From positions 59,334,001 to 59,398,000 of the forward strand of contig OX597818.1 of the NCBI GenBank assembly GCA_951406725.2: a stretch of DNA of 64,000 bases, read 5' to 3'. How positions within the stretch are numbered: the stretch's first letter is position 1; every line of letters starts with the position of its first letter. The notes below the pieces were generated by a model, which had not been told where the DNA came from, did not search any database, and saw only the letters and a list, made by a program, of their open reading frames with translations. A program made the position numbers and the translations under genes. Below are positions 1 to 12,849 of the stretch, in pieces. This stretch comes from Octopus vulgaris. Its lineage: Eukaryota.

Positions 1-335
1 AAAGTTACATATCCTAGAATGCCGCATATATAAAATATGTACGTCTTTGACAAATATTTTCTTTGCACCATATTAAATGTGGTAACATCTTTAATCTCTT
101 AATCTCTATTAGATTATAAATCGGGCGCTAGTTAAATTTGCAGTTACCACAGTGGAATCTAAGGTTATCTCCTAATAATATTACCATTGATTTAATTGGT
201 CCCAGTCGACGTGTTTATCACCTGTATTTTCACATTTGCAGGTAACGTTCTGCTCCTTGGTTCATCGGAAGGCGATCTCCATCTTACACTGAATAAGTTA
301 GCTACCAACGCTGCAAGGAGGCTACGAGGATAAGT

Positions 336-721
336 GGAGGCGCAATGGCTCAGTGGTTAGGGCAGCGGACTCGCGGTCGTAGGATCGCGGTTTCAATTCC
401 CAGACCGGGCATTGTGAGTGTTTATTGAGCGAAAACACCTAAAAGCTCCACGAATCCCCGGCAGGGGATGGTGGTGATCCGTGCTGTACTCTTTCACCAC
501 AACTTTCTCTCACTCTTACTTCCTGTTTCTGTTGTACCTGTATTTCAAAGGGCCGACCTTGTCACTCTCTGTGTCACGCTGAATATCCCCGAGAACTACG
601 TTAAGGGTACACGTGTCTGTGGAGTGCTCAGCCACTTGCACGTTAATTCCACGAGCAAGCTGTTCCGTTGATCGTATCAGCTGGGACCCTCATCGTCGTA
701 ACCGACGGAGTGCTCCTACTA
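336..721 (+). mobile_element. tRNA-derived SINE family 1, full length
   Basis: A box TGGCTCAGTGG and B-box-like GGTTTCAATTCC; 12-bp TSD CTACGAGGATAA at 322-333 and 722-733; seven copies in the window. Confidence 0.9.
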
Positions 722-1199
722 CTACGAGGATAATCGTTACGAAGCGTGAGACGTTGGTCGTCTGGAAAGTGTTCTTCCCAGTGCACTCTGCAAGTTGTGG
801 AACATCAGTGAGGAAGCGGAACAATATTTCAGTGCCGTATTCATGAGTGATGAGACGTAGGAAACTGAATTGTCTGCTACAATTACAGGTGTGCGCACAA
901 TAATGCGTCAGCTTAAGCATTCGATCCGCAGAAGGGGTTGGTAAGAAGGGGTAAATCTGCTATCCTTAATTCGGTTTTCGCAACAGTTTTCACTTTCGGT
1001 CATGAATGTTGGGTAATAAGACAAATATTACGATCGTGAGTAGAAGCAGACGAAACGCAGTTCCTTCTAAGGGTCAGTCTAGCAACATTATTCGACAGGG
1101 TGCGTATCTCAAATATCAGGGAATTCCTCTAGAACGAACCGCTGTTTCTCCGCATTGAGAATTCTCAGCTCCGGTTCTTCGGACACTCGTTTAGAACGT

Positions 1200-1365
1200 C
1201 TCAGGCAAGGATCTTAGGGTGGGCTGCTTGTAGACAAAGAAAGAAACCAGGTTCGAAATTTCCCGAAGACACCTGTTGAAAGATGGAGGGTATATCAGCC
1301 GAAGCGTTGTCTTAACAACAAGCAAGATGAGGACAAATATCCATCAATTGTAAATAAATTAAATA
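1200..1365 (+). mobile_element. Penelope-like pLTR fragment with degenerate hammerhead core
   Basis: acac-CTGTTGA-a(a/g)(a/c)tg...cagcc-GAAGCGTT-gtct resembles CUGANGA-stem II-GAAACGUU; interrupts the RTE remnant. Confidence 0.45.
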
Positions 1366-2649
1366 ATAGACAAGAAAGAAATGTTTGAAAATATTTATAG
1401 CCTCAGTTGGCTGCACTTGAACATCCATTAGGAAGGTGTCACGACGGTTTCTTTTCATAGGAGTCTATGCAGGAGATATCAGAGGACTCTCTTTTCACTA
1501 ACTACCCAGAAACTTTTCACGGAAAAAGATGGTTGGATGAGGCAATATTCTACCCCGAATATTTGGGATACATTTATTTTTAACCCGTGAGAAACTATAG
1601 TAGCGTTAATAGACTAATGTAGACTCGTCTGCTAAAATATTAATCTTAACAACAAAATTCACTGGACTGATAGGTAAGTTTATTGGGTCCTCTGGAATCT
1701 ATATAATATTATTATTTCGGATTTGCGGTGCAATGAAATATTAATATTCTTATAATATGAAATTACTCGCTGGATGCGTATCCATATCCTCTGTTTTTTT
1801 TAATTAAAATATTCAGTTATTTAGATCGTGACTATGAAATAACGTTCTATATTTTAAAACTTTGAATCGGTAACACACATGTACATACATGCCTATCCAC
1901 ACACACCTATGCATACACGCATGCACACACGTACACACACCTGCATACATATGTGAATATGTATATATGTGAGTGCATTTGTGTGTGAGAGTGCCAATCA
2001 ACATTTCCACCGCCATATATAAATAAATATGCATATAATTAAAATGTGTTTTGAGCATCGTAGTATAAAATACTGTATAAACCCAACTAACAGTAAAAAA
2101 TATTTAAATATTTCAACACAGATATACTCAACACGACATTAACATATTCCTATATCTCTATTTTTTTCTATTTCACATTCTTGTTATGAATATCCGATCA
2201 ACTTTATCAGACACAGGCTCTCTGTAGTTTTATTGTAATATTCATTTGTTAATAATTTTTTGATGTTTTATTAATTTTTTCCCCTGAAAAGAATGGTGAT
2301 ACCTAATTAAATTAATTTAATTAAATTATTATTTTAATTATTATAATAATTAGTTTAGTATTTTCCATGTTATCTTACATGTCAGTACTGTCATTCGAAT
2401 CGATCCTATGGATTAAAAATTTCTAGAAACTTTTACCATCTCTTCTACATTTTTTAAAACTGTTAGTTGGATTTATAGGGGATTTTATCCTATAATACGC
2501 ATCACACAGTTTCAATTCTCATAATTTCATATTTTAAATTACTTGAAATAGCAGGTTATTACTTTGATATGAGGAATCTTTCTTAGAAATCTGACTTTTG
2601 GGATTCCCTCAAAAAGTTCTACATTTTCTACTTGAACTAACTTTTTTTT

Positions 2650-2722
<73 letters not shown>

Positions 2723-2752
2723 AATGTGTGTGTGTGTGTGTATGTTTGTGTA

Positions 2753-2799
<47 letters not shown>

Positions 2800-2801
<2 letters not shown>

Positions 2802-2982
2802 AAAGCAATTAAGATTCAAGTGAGTTCTGTTGAATTCACATGAATGAGGTACTTAACTTAGATGCACCAGAAATCTATATGGTATTAACCATAAGATAAT
2901 GCGGGGTGATTATAAACAAGAAGAAAGCAACAAAAATGGATCAATCGTACCGAAATATTGATCCATTTTTGTTGCTTTTTCT

Positions 2983-2985
<3 letters not shown>
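2800..2985. mobile_element. Short (TA)n-flanked repeat with terminal hairpin; related reverse-oriented copy at 29770-29930
   Basis: Inverted repeat AAAGCAACAAAAATGGATCAAT / ATTGATCCATTTTTGTTGCTTT; similarity to 29770-29930 on the opposite strand. Confidence 0.6.
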
Positions 2986-3072
<87 letters not shown>

Positions 3073-3327
3073 TGTGAAGCAAGAAGAAGAAAATAGAGAA
3101 GAGATGCATGTAGTTAATTTATTTGTATGTAACAAAAAGATGACAGTTTCTTAAAAGAAAAGCATAACAGTACAAATAAATTGAATTGCTGGTTGAAAGC
3201 TCAAAAGAAAAAAATTAAAATAAAATTAAAAACGTACTAATATGTTTCAGTCCTATGATCTATTTAATGGGAATTTCGAAGTATTTGGTTTAATACTAAG
3301 AATGTTACATATCCTAAATATCCTAAA

Positions 3328-3376
3328 TGCCTTGTGAGTGGATTTGGTAGACGGAAACTGAAAGAAGCCTGTCGTA

Positions 3377-3421
<45 letters not shown>

Positions 3422-3635
3422 ACGTGTTTGTGCGTCTGTGTTTGTCCACCTAGCATTGCTTGACAACCGATGCTGCTGTGTTTAAGTCCCCCTCACTTAG
3501 CGGTTCGGCGAAAGACCGATAGAATAAGTACTGGGCTTACAAAAAATAAGACTGGGGGTCGATTTGCTCGATTAAGGCGGTGCTCCAGCATGGCCCCAGT
3601 CAAATGCCTGAAACAAGTAAAAGAGTAAAGAGTAT
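3328..3635 (+). mobile_element. SINE family 2, 5'-truncated
   Basis: GCCTTGTGAGTGGATTTGGTAGACGGAAACTGAAAGAAGCC body, internal (TA)/(TG) tract and GTAAAAGA tail shared with the full copy at 19004-19440. Confidence 0.85.
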
Positions 3636-4081
3636 ATGGTGGTAGGACTCCTTCAGGGTTAATACAGACCCCATGAAAGTTAGATAAACATTTCATTCTT
3701 TTGAAGGGATAATACAGTAAAAGTTAAAGTCTATATACATTTACTTTATTTGTAATTCAATTCTGTAAATTCTGTAAACCAGTAATTCAATTTATTTGTA
3801 CTGTTATGTTTAAAAAATAACTGTCATCTTTTTGTAACATACAAATGAAATATTAATTACATTCATTTCTTCTCCATATTTGTCTTTTGTTTTTACGCCA
3901 TTATTGATAATTTTAATTATCGCGAATATATAACAATGACTTTCGCATTATATGATAGGGATTAAACCAATGGAATACATTGGATTATCTATAATACCGC
4001 AATGACTTGCTGCTTCAACGTAAACCAGCTGAATCTATCTATCTTTCTATTTATCTATCTATCTAGCTAGCTAGCAATCCA

Positions 4082-4155
<74 letters not shown>

Positions 4156-4239
4156 TATCTATCTATCTAGCTAGCTAGCTAGCTATCTATCTATCTATCT
4201 ATCAATCTATCTATCTATCCATCTATCTATCTATCTATT

Positions 4240-4435
4240 TTTTTAAAATTTTATTTATTTATGTTTTTTGTTCTTTTCTTCTCTTTTACGATCCCTCTTG
4301 ATCGAAAACCTACGCCACCCCTTTTTTTTTTTTTTTTGTTTCTTTTGTTTTTTGTTTTTTCATCCCCAAAAGAAAAGCTCTACCTTGTAACTTGTCCCAT
4401 CTGTGTGCAGCCCTGTGTGGCCAATAAAGAAACTT
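4240..4435 (+). mobile_element. 3' UTR fragment of a Tx1-like LINE in a (TATC)n tract
   Basis: Ends TCTGTGTGCAGCCCTGTGTGGCCAATAAAGAAAC, matching the 3' end of the coding Tx1 copy at 56755-57735 (minus); (TATC)n on both sides. Confidence 0.8.
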
Positions 4436-4463
4436 ATCTATCTATCTATCTATTTATCAATCA

Positions 4464-4526
<63 letters not shown>

Positions 4527-4665
4527 AATCTATCTATCTATCTATCTATCAATCTGTATATCTATCTATCTATCTATCTATCAATCTATCTATCAATCTA
4601 TCTATCTATCTATCATTCTATCTATATATCTATCTATCTATGTATCTCTCTCTCTCTCTCTCTCT

Positions 4666-4739
<74 letters not shown>

Positions 4740-4865
4740 TACATATATATGTGGGGAGGGTGCATACTGTTTTATTTTAATTTAGATTTTCCTTCAATGA
4801 TTGAAAAAGATAAAAGGATTGTAGGATATGATATGTACTTTAATGTATAATGTTGATTTAAACTA

Positions 4866-5460
4866 AATTTCTTCACACAAAATTAGCTCTGCGTCAGCAC
4901 CACAGTCACGAGGTAAGTACTGCCAGCAGCATCAATTCAGTACAGATGTCCTTTTGTATTCGTCAGTGTAAAGCTGTTTGTGTGTGTGTGTGCGTGCGTG
5001 TATGTGAGTCTTTGGATTGTATTGGTTCGTTGCATTTATCATGAGCATTATCTGTGTCTGATTGCTGTAGAGCGATTAGTTTCGCCATTTATGCTAGTCA
5101 TTTAATAAAGTACAAGGCCCTTTATTTACGGTTCACTGGTGCTATTCTTCATGTCGTTTAAATCTCTTATTTTATGAAGATGACGTTTATTGAATGGTAC
5201 AAGAAGCTTTTTTATGGTAGACTGGTCATCTCTGTATATTGTGTGATTTGCGTGATTTTTGCGGTTAAATGATTCTGTTTTTTTTTTCTTTATTTTTACT
5301 GGATAGAATTATGTTGGGTTTTCGTCATAGGATGTCCTTATACCATTTCCTGCTCTGAAAACGTGTCATTGTAGGTTTGTCTGAAGAGAAGTAGTTTCGT
5401 CTGTATTGTCGTCTGTGGTTCGATTCTTGTAAATATTAACGTGTTTATTGTCAGGTAAGG
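4866..5460 (+). pseudogene. Decayed rhodopsin-class GPCR remnant (TM2 to about TM5)
   Basis: Across frameshifts: NFFTQN*LC..VLPAASIQYRCPFVFV-CK (WPFGxxxCK-like), then MSII/LCLIAVER/FAIYASHLIKYKAL (E/DRY region, IAVER at 5061-5075), in the expected order. Confidence 0.5.
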
Positions 5461-5777
5461 GTTTACTAGCTCGCTGGTGATAGACGGTTGATTTTGCCAA
5501 CTCGCAGAGATGACCCAGCCTCAAATGAATTCCATCACAGACAGAAGAGGAATAATCCAGCTATGTAAACATGTCCCTCAAGGAGAACGTCTTGTATTTT
5601 CAGCCACTCAAACGACGTGGAAACCGAGTCATGCTCCGGTTTATTGAGAATGATTCCTGACAGTTTTTAACATATGACATATATGCGTTCGGGCCTAGTT
5701 TCTTCCAGAGAAAGGAATACGAGAATATAAAATGAGAGAGAATAAAAGAAAATCGTGGATTTAGCAGTGAAGATTGG

Positions 5778-6171
<394 letters not shown>

Positions 6172-7189
6172 ATATATAAGTAAGTCAAGGTAGAAAATGC
6201 TAGGATAATTTTATCACAAAAACCATTTTAGCACCGGTTTCAGTCATTGAGACTTTTTTAACTCTAAGTATAGAAAGTAATTACATTTTGGAAATCTTTA
6301 ATGAAAAAAAAAATTATTTGCATATTTTTCCTTGTTTCTGCGTATATATATGTGTGTGTGTGCATATGGATACAAAATTTTTCTCGTCTCCCATAGAAAG
6401 TTAAAAATTTATAGACCTCACTATATATGTTGCTAATAACCGCACAATTTTGACCATACTCTCGTTTCTCCATAAGAAATTTCGCGCTGGTTTTAATATA
6501 GCTATTTTAATTGATAGTTGTTAGAATATATTTCTACACATCATTTCATCTTAATTCACAGATGATACTTTTCATTTTGATGTATGATAGCTTCCTTATC
6601 ACCATCTATCTGACTTGAATAAAGTGCTATTTTCACCACTTGTACATCCGAGATATAATTCTGTTTTATTTAAAGCAATACATCCCTGGAGGTAATAATT
6701 CACAGCTTTTCTCCTATTGTCCATTAAATAACCCTTCTACAAAAAGAAAGAAAAAAGAATTTACGAATATGATTTATTTAGAATCTTCAAAAATATAATT
6801 TTAAAACAGAATATATAATACAAAAAAAAAAATTGATAATATAGTGTTAACATCTGTAATCTAGGGAACGTTGAAAGACTAATTAAAATAATTACGTGTG
6901 TAAATTTATATTAATCAATGACTAATATTATTTGAATTTTGACTTCTCCAGATGAATATAGAATACGCCTTACTTGCCAAAGTAGTGATTTAAAATAACA
7001 CTAAGAAAATTTTCAGTATTATACACAAGTGGGCGTTGAAATATGAAATCACTTAGAAAATAAATAACGAGATTCGCTGCCCACCTGAACCTACAGCTTA
7101 ATTCGATATTGATATATGTAATTCCGATTCATGTCACGGATGCGGAATTTTAGCAAATTAAAAAAGTATAAAATCTTCTCTTCTAATTG

Positions 7190-7540
7190 TTCCAGTAATT
7201 TGACTGCCGCCATGCTCGAGCACCGCCTTTATTTGACCAAATCGACCCCAGGAATTATTCTTTGTAAGCCTAGTACTTACGCTAAGACGTAAACACACTA
7301 GCATCGGTTGTCAAGCGATGTTGGCGGGACAAACACAGACACACAAACACTCACACACACATATATATGCATATACGACGGGCTTCTTTCAGTTTTCGTC
7401 CCCCAAATCGACTCACAAGGCTTTGGTCGGCCCGAGGCTATAGTAGAAGACGCTTGCTTAAGATGCAACGCAGTGGGTCTGAACCCGGAAGTATGTGGCT
7501 GGTAAGCTAGCTACTTACCATACAGCCACTCCTTCGCCTG
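7190..7540 (-). mobile_element. SINE family 2
   Basis: Reverse complement of the family 2 head and body with internal deletions. Confidence 0.85.
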
Positions 7541-7869
7541 TTGTTATATGTTATATGTTATATTTATTTTCGTTTACTTCCTGATTTATTTTTGTTTTCG
7601 TTTTTAAGCGTCAGAAAATTTCGTCGACCTTCTGCATCCTGGTAAGACGCATCCCTACGAATCTTGCAAAACAAATGCAGTTTTGATATTCATCTCTATT
7701 TCCCATGGCAATAGATAATGGTAAATGGAAAGTTTTCCAATATTTACCACTCTAATTATAATAACTTATTTAAAATTTTAGTTTTCAATTCATAACTTAC
7801 ATCAAGATTTTTATGTAACCGTGATGACAGATCTTACTATATTAATCTTCATTTATTTATTTATTTATT

Positions 7870-8093
7870 TATTTCCCACAAAGGGTTAAACATAGAGGGG
7901 TCAAACAAGGACAGACAAACGGATTAAGTCGATTACATCGACCCCAGTGACTAACTGGTACATATTTAATCGACCCCGAAAGGATGAAAGGCAAAGTCGA
8001 CCTCGGTGGAATTTGAACTCAGAACGCAACGGCGGACGAAATACCACAAAGTATTTCGCTCGGCATTCTAACGTTTCTGCCAGCTCGGCGCCT
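7870..8093 (-). mobile_element. SINE family 3
   Basis: Reverse complement of GGCG.CGAGCTGGCAGAAACGTTAG...GAGTTCAAATTCC.CCGAGGTCGACTTTGCCTTTCATCC; multiple copies in window. Confidence 0.85.
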
Positions 8094-8384
8094 TTTCTTG
8101 CTATCTTAATCTTACGATCATATATCTGACGATTGCAAGATTTTTACGGGGTGAGAGCGGGTGTCTTGTTTTTTGTGAATGTGATGTGTGTGCGTCTTTG
8201 TGTGTGTGTGTCTGCGTGTTTTTACGCCTGCGTATCTCTTAGTAAGTGTAGACCCCGTCCCTTTAAACTTAATGCAACCTAATATCTCTTTAAAACGTCT
8301 TACCCTCTCTATATATTTTAATATTATCTTATAGTTTATATTTTTTGGTTTACAGTTATTCTGTTATGGCTATTTAATAACTTT

Positions 8385-8772
8385 GGAGGCGGAATGGCCC
8401 AGTGGTTAGGGCAGCGGACTCGCGATCATAGGATCGCGGTTTCGATTCCCAGACCGGGCGTTGTGAGTGTTTATTGAGCGAAAACACCTAAAAGCTCCAC
8501 GAGGCTCCGGCAGGGGATGGTGGTGATCCCTGCTGTACTCTTTCACCACAACTTTCTCTCACTCTTACTTCCTGTTTCTGTTGTACCTGTATTTCAAAGG
8601 GCCGGCCTTGTCACTCTCTGTGTCACGCTGAATATCCCCGAGAACTACGTTAAGGGTACACGTGTCTGTGGAGTGCTCAGCCACTTACACGTTAATTTCA
8701 CGAGCAGGCTGTTCCGTTGATTCGGATCAACTGGAACCCTCGTCGTCGTATCGATGGAGTGCTTCCATCCCA
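8385..8772 (+). mobile_element. SINE family 1, full length
   Basis: Same body as 336-721; flanked by an imperfect ~40-bp direct duplication. Confidence 0.9.
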
Positions 8773-9437
8773 TTTTTGTGTTTACGGTTATTTTGTTATG
8801 GCTATTTAATATTTAAGGAGAACTGTGGCGAGCTCCATTCACTGGTTATAACGAAGACACAGCGGCTGAACAACAACATACCTGCGAGAACTCAATATAT
8901 TTAACGGGGCACCACTTTATATATGCATGTATCTGATGAGACTCAGACTGCCCCGATGATGCATGACTATTGGATGCGCAACACCCAACACCCAACCCGT
9001 AAAGTCGCAGGAGGGGTCGGAGCGATCGTCGTACTGAACTCAGACTAGTACCAAATCTATCTTCCGCTTCCTTCGTCAATTAATGTGTGTGTGTGTTTAT
9101 GGTGAGCTATCAAAGTGTTCCTGTCAACCAAACTTACTCGTTGTCCCCGGACTATAAGAATACATTTTCATTACAAGGCGAGCTTTTTAAGAACACCGTA
9201 ATGCCTACTCCTATAAATTAGCATTCATTTGGTATACATCTAAATATTTCTATTTCCTCCATATTGACCTTATTCCTTTTAAAGGTGACACATAAAAAGA
9301 AAATATCTAATTAAGCCAACATACTTTAATAAATACATTTCAGCTTACGATCTCATTAACGTAAATATTTTCCTTCTGCTAAACACGTTATTTCAACACT
9401 GATTCGTGGTAGATTTCTTATGAGTACGTAGTAAAAT

Positions 9438-9825
9438 GGATGGAAGCACTCCGTCGGTTACGACGACGAGGGTTCCGGTTGATCCGAATCAACGGAACAG
9501 CCTGCTCGTGAAATTAACGTGTAAGTGGCTGAGCACTCCACAGACACGTGTACCCTTAAAAGTAGTTCTCGGGGATATTCAGCGTGACAGAGAGAGTGAC
9601 AAGGCCGGCCCTTTGAAATACAGGTACAACAGAAACAGAAAGTAAGAGTGAGAGAAAGTTGTGGTGAAAGAATACAGCAGGGATCACCACCATCCCCTGC
9701 CGGAGCCTTGTGGAACTTTAGGTGTTTTCGCTCAATACACACTCACAACGCCCGGTCTGGGAATCGAAACCGCGATCCTATGACCGCGAATCTGCTGCCC
9801 TAACCACTGGGCCATTCCGCCTCCC
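9438..9825 (-). mobile_element. SINE family 1, full length
   Basis: Reverse complement of family 1; 12-bp TSD ACGTAGTAAAAT at 9426-9437 and 9826-9837. Confidence 0.9.
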
Positions 9826-10702
9826 ACGTAGTAAAATACACGTACAGTGTTAGTAATTCATTTATCTTATATAGAATTCCGCATAATACTAGTGACTTCG
9901 TTCAGTGTTGACCAATTTTTGCGGTAAACTTGGCACCAAATGTCAGTTTATGTAAGTTTGTGTCTACATTTATTTTTGTTTGTCCCACGGTACAGCTTGA
10001 GAAACGTTTCTGGTTTGTTTACGTCTCTATAACTTAGCGTTTCGTCACAAGATCCGATGGAGTAAGTACCAAACTCAACGATAAGTATCAGCGTGTAGGA
10101 CAACGCTGTTCAGCATGGCAGCTGTCTTATGGACGGAACAAATAATAGGTAACAGAAGCAACTATAACACAGTCGTTATTTTCATAAGACTCACATGTAT
10201 AAACAAGGTCAAAATGCTTACACACGCATGTATGTAGGCGTTTCTGATTATATATAGTGCTCCATCGCTTTTAGCGGTAGATTGGATCCGAGACCGGCCG
10301 CGATAACTGAATTTCCGCGAAGTAGGGACACGAAATTTACAGTATTTATTTAACGTGTATTTGTACTTTTAAAACTTTTCCCTGTACTGTTAACAACCCA
10401 CCTATTACAGTAGTCTATTAATAAGAAGGAAAACTGTTAAGCAATAACATTTTAGATTTAAAAAAAATAAAGATTGTTACTGATACACAGGCCAGATTAC
10501 AAAATAGAAAGCTGTGATTCGTCGTCTCTCTCCCCATTGCACCAATCACAGCCCGTCTTAAGTTCAAATACCCCTACATATACTTTTTTGCTATTTTACG
10601 CTCGTTTTGTTGTTCTTAGTCTAGGAAATAATATTTATTAATATTTTAATGGATTTAATGAAATATTTTTGGTGCTCATATATAAATATATATACGAGTG
10701 GG

Positions 10703-11710
10703 TATATATTTATAAAAAAGAAGTTTGAAAACGCCACTATATAAGATAAATTTAAATTTTCTTAGAAATTTTACATGTTTCGGTTCTTCTTGAAAAAACG
10801 AACCTTATCAAAAATATATTTTAAAAAGTTAAGTGTAATACAAAAAGTTCATAATTGTTTCTTACTGGTCGTAGTTGTAGTAACCGTGGTGGTGGTGGTG
10901 GTGGTTGGGTTTGCAGCAGCCCACTGGTTGTAGCAGCAGCAGCAGCAGTGGGGGCTGTTGATCGTAGTAGTAATAGGTGGTTGTGGTTGTAGTAGTAGTA
11001 ATAGTAGTGACCACGGTGGTTGTAGAAGCAGTGGTAGTGGAAGCAACAGTCGTAGTGATCGTGGTGGTTGTGGTAGAATTCCATTTTCTTTTCGGAAGAC
11101 CAATGTATTGTTTGAATGTTCCTGGCCCAGGTTTTTCAAACTTGGTTCAAAATTCGGACCAAGTTTGAACACCCTGGGCCAGGAACATTCAAACAATACA
11201 TTGGTCTTCCGAAAAGAAAAATGGAATTCTACCACAACCACCACGATCACTACGACTGTTGCTTCTATTACTACAACTACAACCACCGTGGTCACTACTA
11301 TTACTACTACTACAACCACAACCACCTATTACTACTACGATCAACAGCCCCCCCCCCCACTGCTGCTGCTGCTACTGCCACAGCTAAGCTGCTGCAACCA
11401 ATGGGCTGCTGCAAATCCAACCACCACCACCACCACCACCACAGTTACTAAAACTACGACCAACAGTCACTGCTGCTACTGCTATTTCAGCCACTGACCA
11501 TTCGGACACATAAGACAGCTAAAAACAACCACGTGGATTCTGTTAAGACCAGTAAGAAACAATTATGAACTTTTTTTATTACACTTAACTTTTTAAAATA
11601 TTTTTGATAAGGTTTTTTTTTCAAGAAGAACCGAAACATGTAAAATTTCTAAGAAAATTAAAATTTATCTTATATAGTGGCGTTTTCAAACATCTTTTAT
11701 ATATATATAT
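10703..11710. repeat. ~1 kb near-perfect palindrome centred near 11152
   Basis: Arms ~10703-11150 and ~11155-11710 are reverse complements; right arm has an extra ~85 bp at about 11460-11546; TATA runs at both ends. Confidence 0.93.
11600..11646 (+). ncRNA. Type I hammerhead ribozyme-like motif, U3-A8 variant (mirror copy minus 10768-10815)
   Basis: attt-TTGATAA-ggtt...aacc-GAAAC-AT-GTA-aaat: stem I ATTT/AAAT, stem II GGTT(C)/(G)AACC, palindromic stem III ACATGT, GUA triplet. Confidence 0.55.
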
Positions 11711-11949
11711 TTAAAATTCGCGAAGTCGTGAATCCGCGATAGTTGAACCGCGAAGTAGCGAGGATCACTGTAGTTCTATCTATAAAGGCGGCGAGTTGGC
11801 AGAATCGTTAGCACGCTGGAGGAAATACTGAGCAGTATTTCGCCCGTCGCTACGTTCTGAGTTCAAATTCCGCCGAGGTTTAATTTGCATTTATCATGTG
11901 GACGGCTTTTCAGTATCCGAGTTCGTAAAAACTTTATTCTGCGATACAT

Positions 11950-12780
11950 AAAGAAATACTAACCACACGCATGATAATTCTATTCATTTTTATAATGTGA
12001 ACTGCGTTGACCGTACACTGACCGGAACATATGCAATTTCCTAGCATTCTCTGTAATTTATAATTCATTTCCTGCAGTTCACATCTTGTAATTCCTATTG
12101 TAGTGTTTCGCTGTTCAATTTATTCGGAGCTCCTGTTTCTTCTGAAAGAGTACAGGTACAAATATACAGACCATTCTGTCCTTCTCTCTAGAGTTGTTAA
12201 ATTATCTTATTGATTTAATTGTTTTTAATAAAATATGTTTCATATCCAATTCTATTGCATTGCTTTGAACTGATACGTATAGCATACACAGAAATTCTGT
12301 ATCGCTGACACATAGTTATTATTCATAATTGCATTTGTAATGTCAGTCTGTCTCGTATATATAGATATTGATACATCGCTGGAACCATAAAACAGATCTG
12401 TGTGTAAATGGATACCGTATAGCATTATAAGTGAAAATGTTAGACATTTGTGATTTGAGAATTGGGCTGATATGATATGTGATTCAAACAAGAGGCAATA
12501 TGAATGTAATAAATATGGAAATGCATAAATTGCAGATATAAATTGCGAAGAAATACTAAATTACCTATCATAAATCGTGGGAGATGTATGCTTATTAGAG
12601 TTGTTTTGAATGTTTAAATGTGACAGGTTTCTCATAAAGAAACTTGTAAACTTACGAGCTGGAAGTGTTCTAGTAGTATCTTCAGATATGCATGTAACTT
12701 ATCTTTCCCTCGTGTTTTAAAGCTAAATTGCTTGAATGTTATGTTATAGTTTGTACAGTCTCTGCAATATAAAAACATTA
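11950..12780 (+). pseudogene. Possible very decayed GPCR remnant
   Basis: IALN*YV at 12259 (CGA>TGA would give IALNRYV) followed by hydrophobic LLFIIAFVMSVCLVY and a Cys-containing loop; many stops. Confidence 0.3.
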
Positions 12781-12849
12781 ACATTTGAAGTTTTTGTCAA
12801 GTGAAATAGATGTTTTCGTTCTTAATAGTTCAATTATAAAAATATTCTT

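Larger units (their letters stand above)
220..1545 (+). mobile_element. Decayed RTE-clade LINE (RT C-terminal half to 3' end), interrupted by a SINE and a PLE-like fragment
   Basis: Manual translation across frameshifts: FAGNVLLLGSSEGDLHLTLNKLA (degenerate FADD region), FMSDET*ETELSATITGVRTIMRQL, FTFGHECWVIRQILRS*VEADETQFLLRV; GATGG-type tail near 1530. Confidence 0.8.
1..1801. repeat. Segmental direct repeat, copy 1 (copy 2 at 62200-64000, offset 62199)
   Basis: Colinear match with no indels and about a dozen substitutions by eye; ORFs 468..671 and 62667..62870 correspond. Confidence 0.97.
10255..11770. mobile_element. Non-autonomous pogo/Tigger-like DNA transposon hosting a 1-kb palindrome
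   Basis: Imperfect TIRs ta|TAGTGCTCCATCGCTTTTAGCGG and CCGCGAAGTAGCGAGGATCACTG|ta, TA flanks, subterminal CCGCGAAGTAG repeats. Confidence 0.65.

Noticed and set aside
336-410. tRNA gene-like sequence
   Set aside because: It is the head of a ~385-bp SINE with TSDs repeated seven times; no proper acceptor stem or terminator.
468-671. Recurrent 67-aa ORF MVVI(R/P)AVLFHHNF
   Set aside because: Lies inside SINE family 1; recurrence reflects the repeat.
230-950. Apparent exon (TTTGCAG acceptor, GTAAGA donor)
   Set aside because: Sequence is explained by the RTE remnant and SINE, with stops in all frames.
8930-8990. CTGATGA box near 8934
   Set aside because: No intact GAAA box or closing stems; too degenerate to call a hammerhead.
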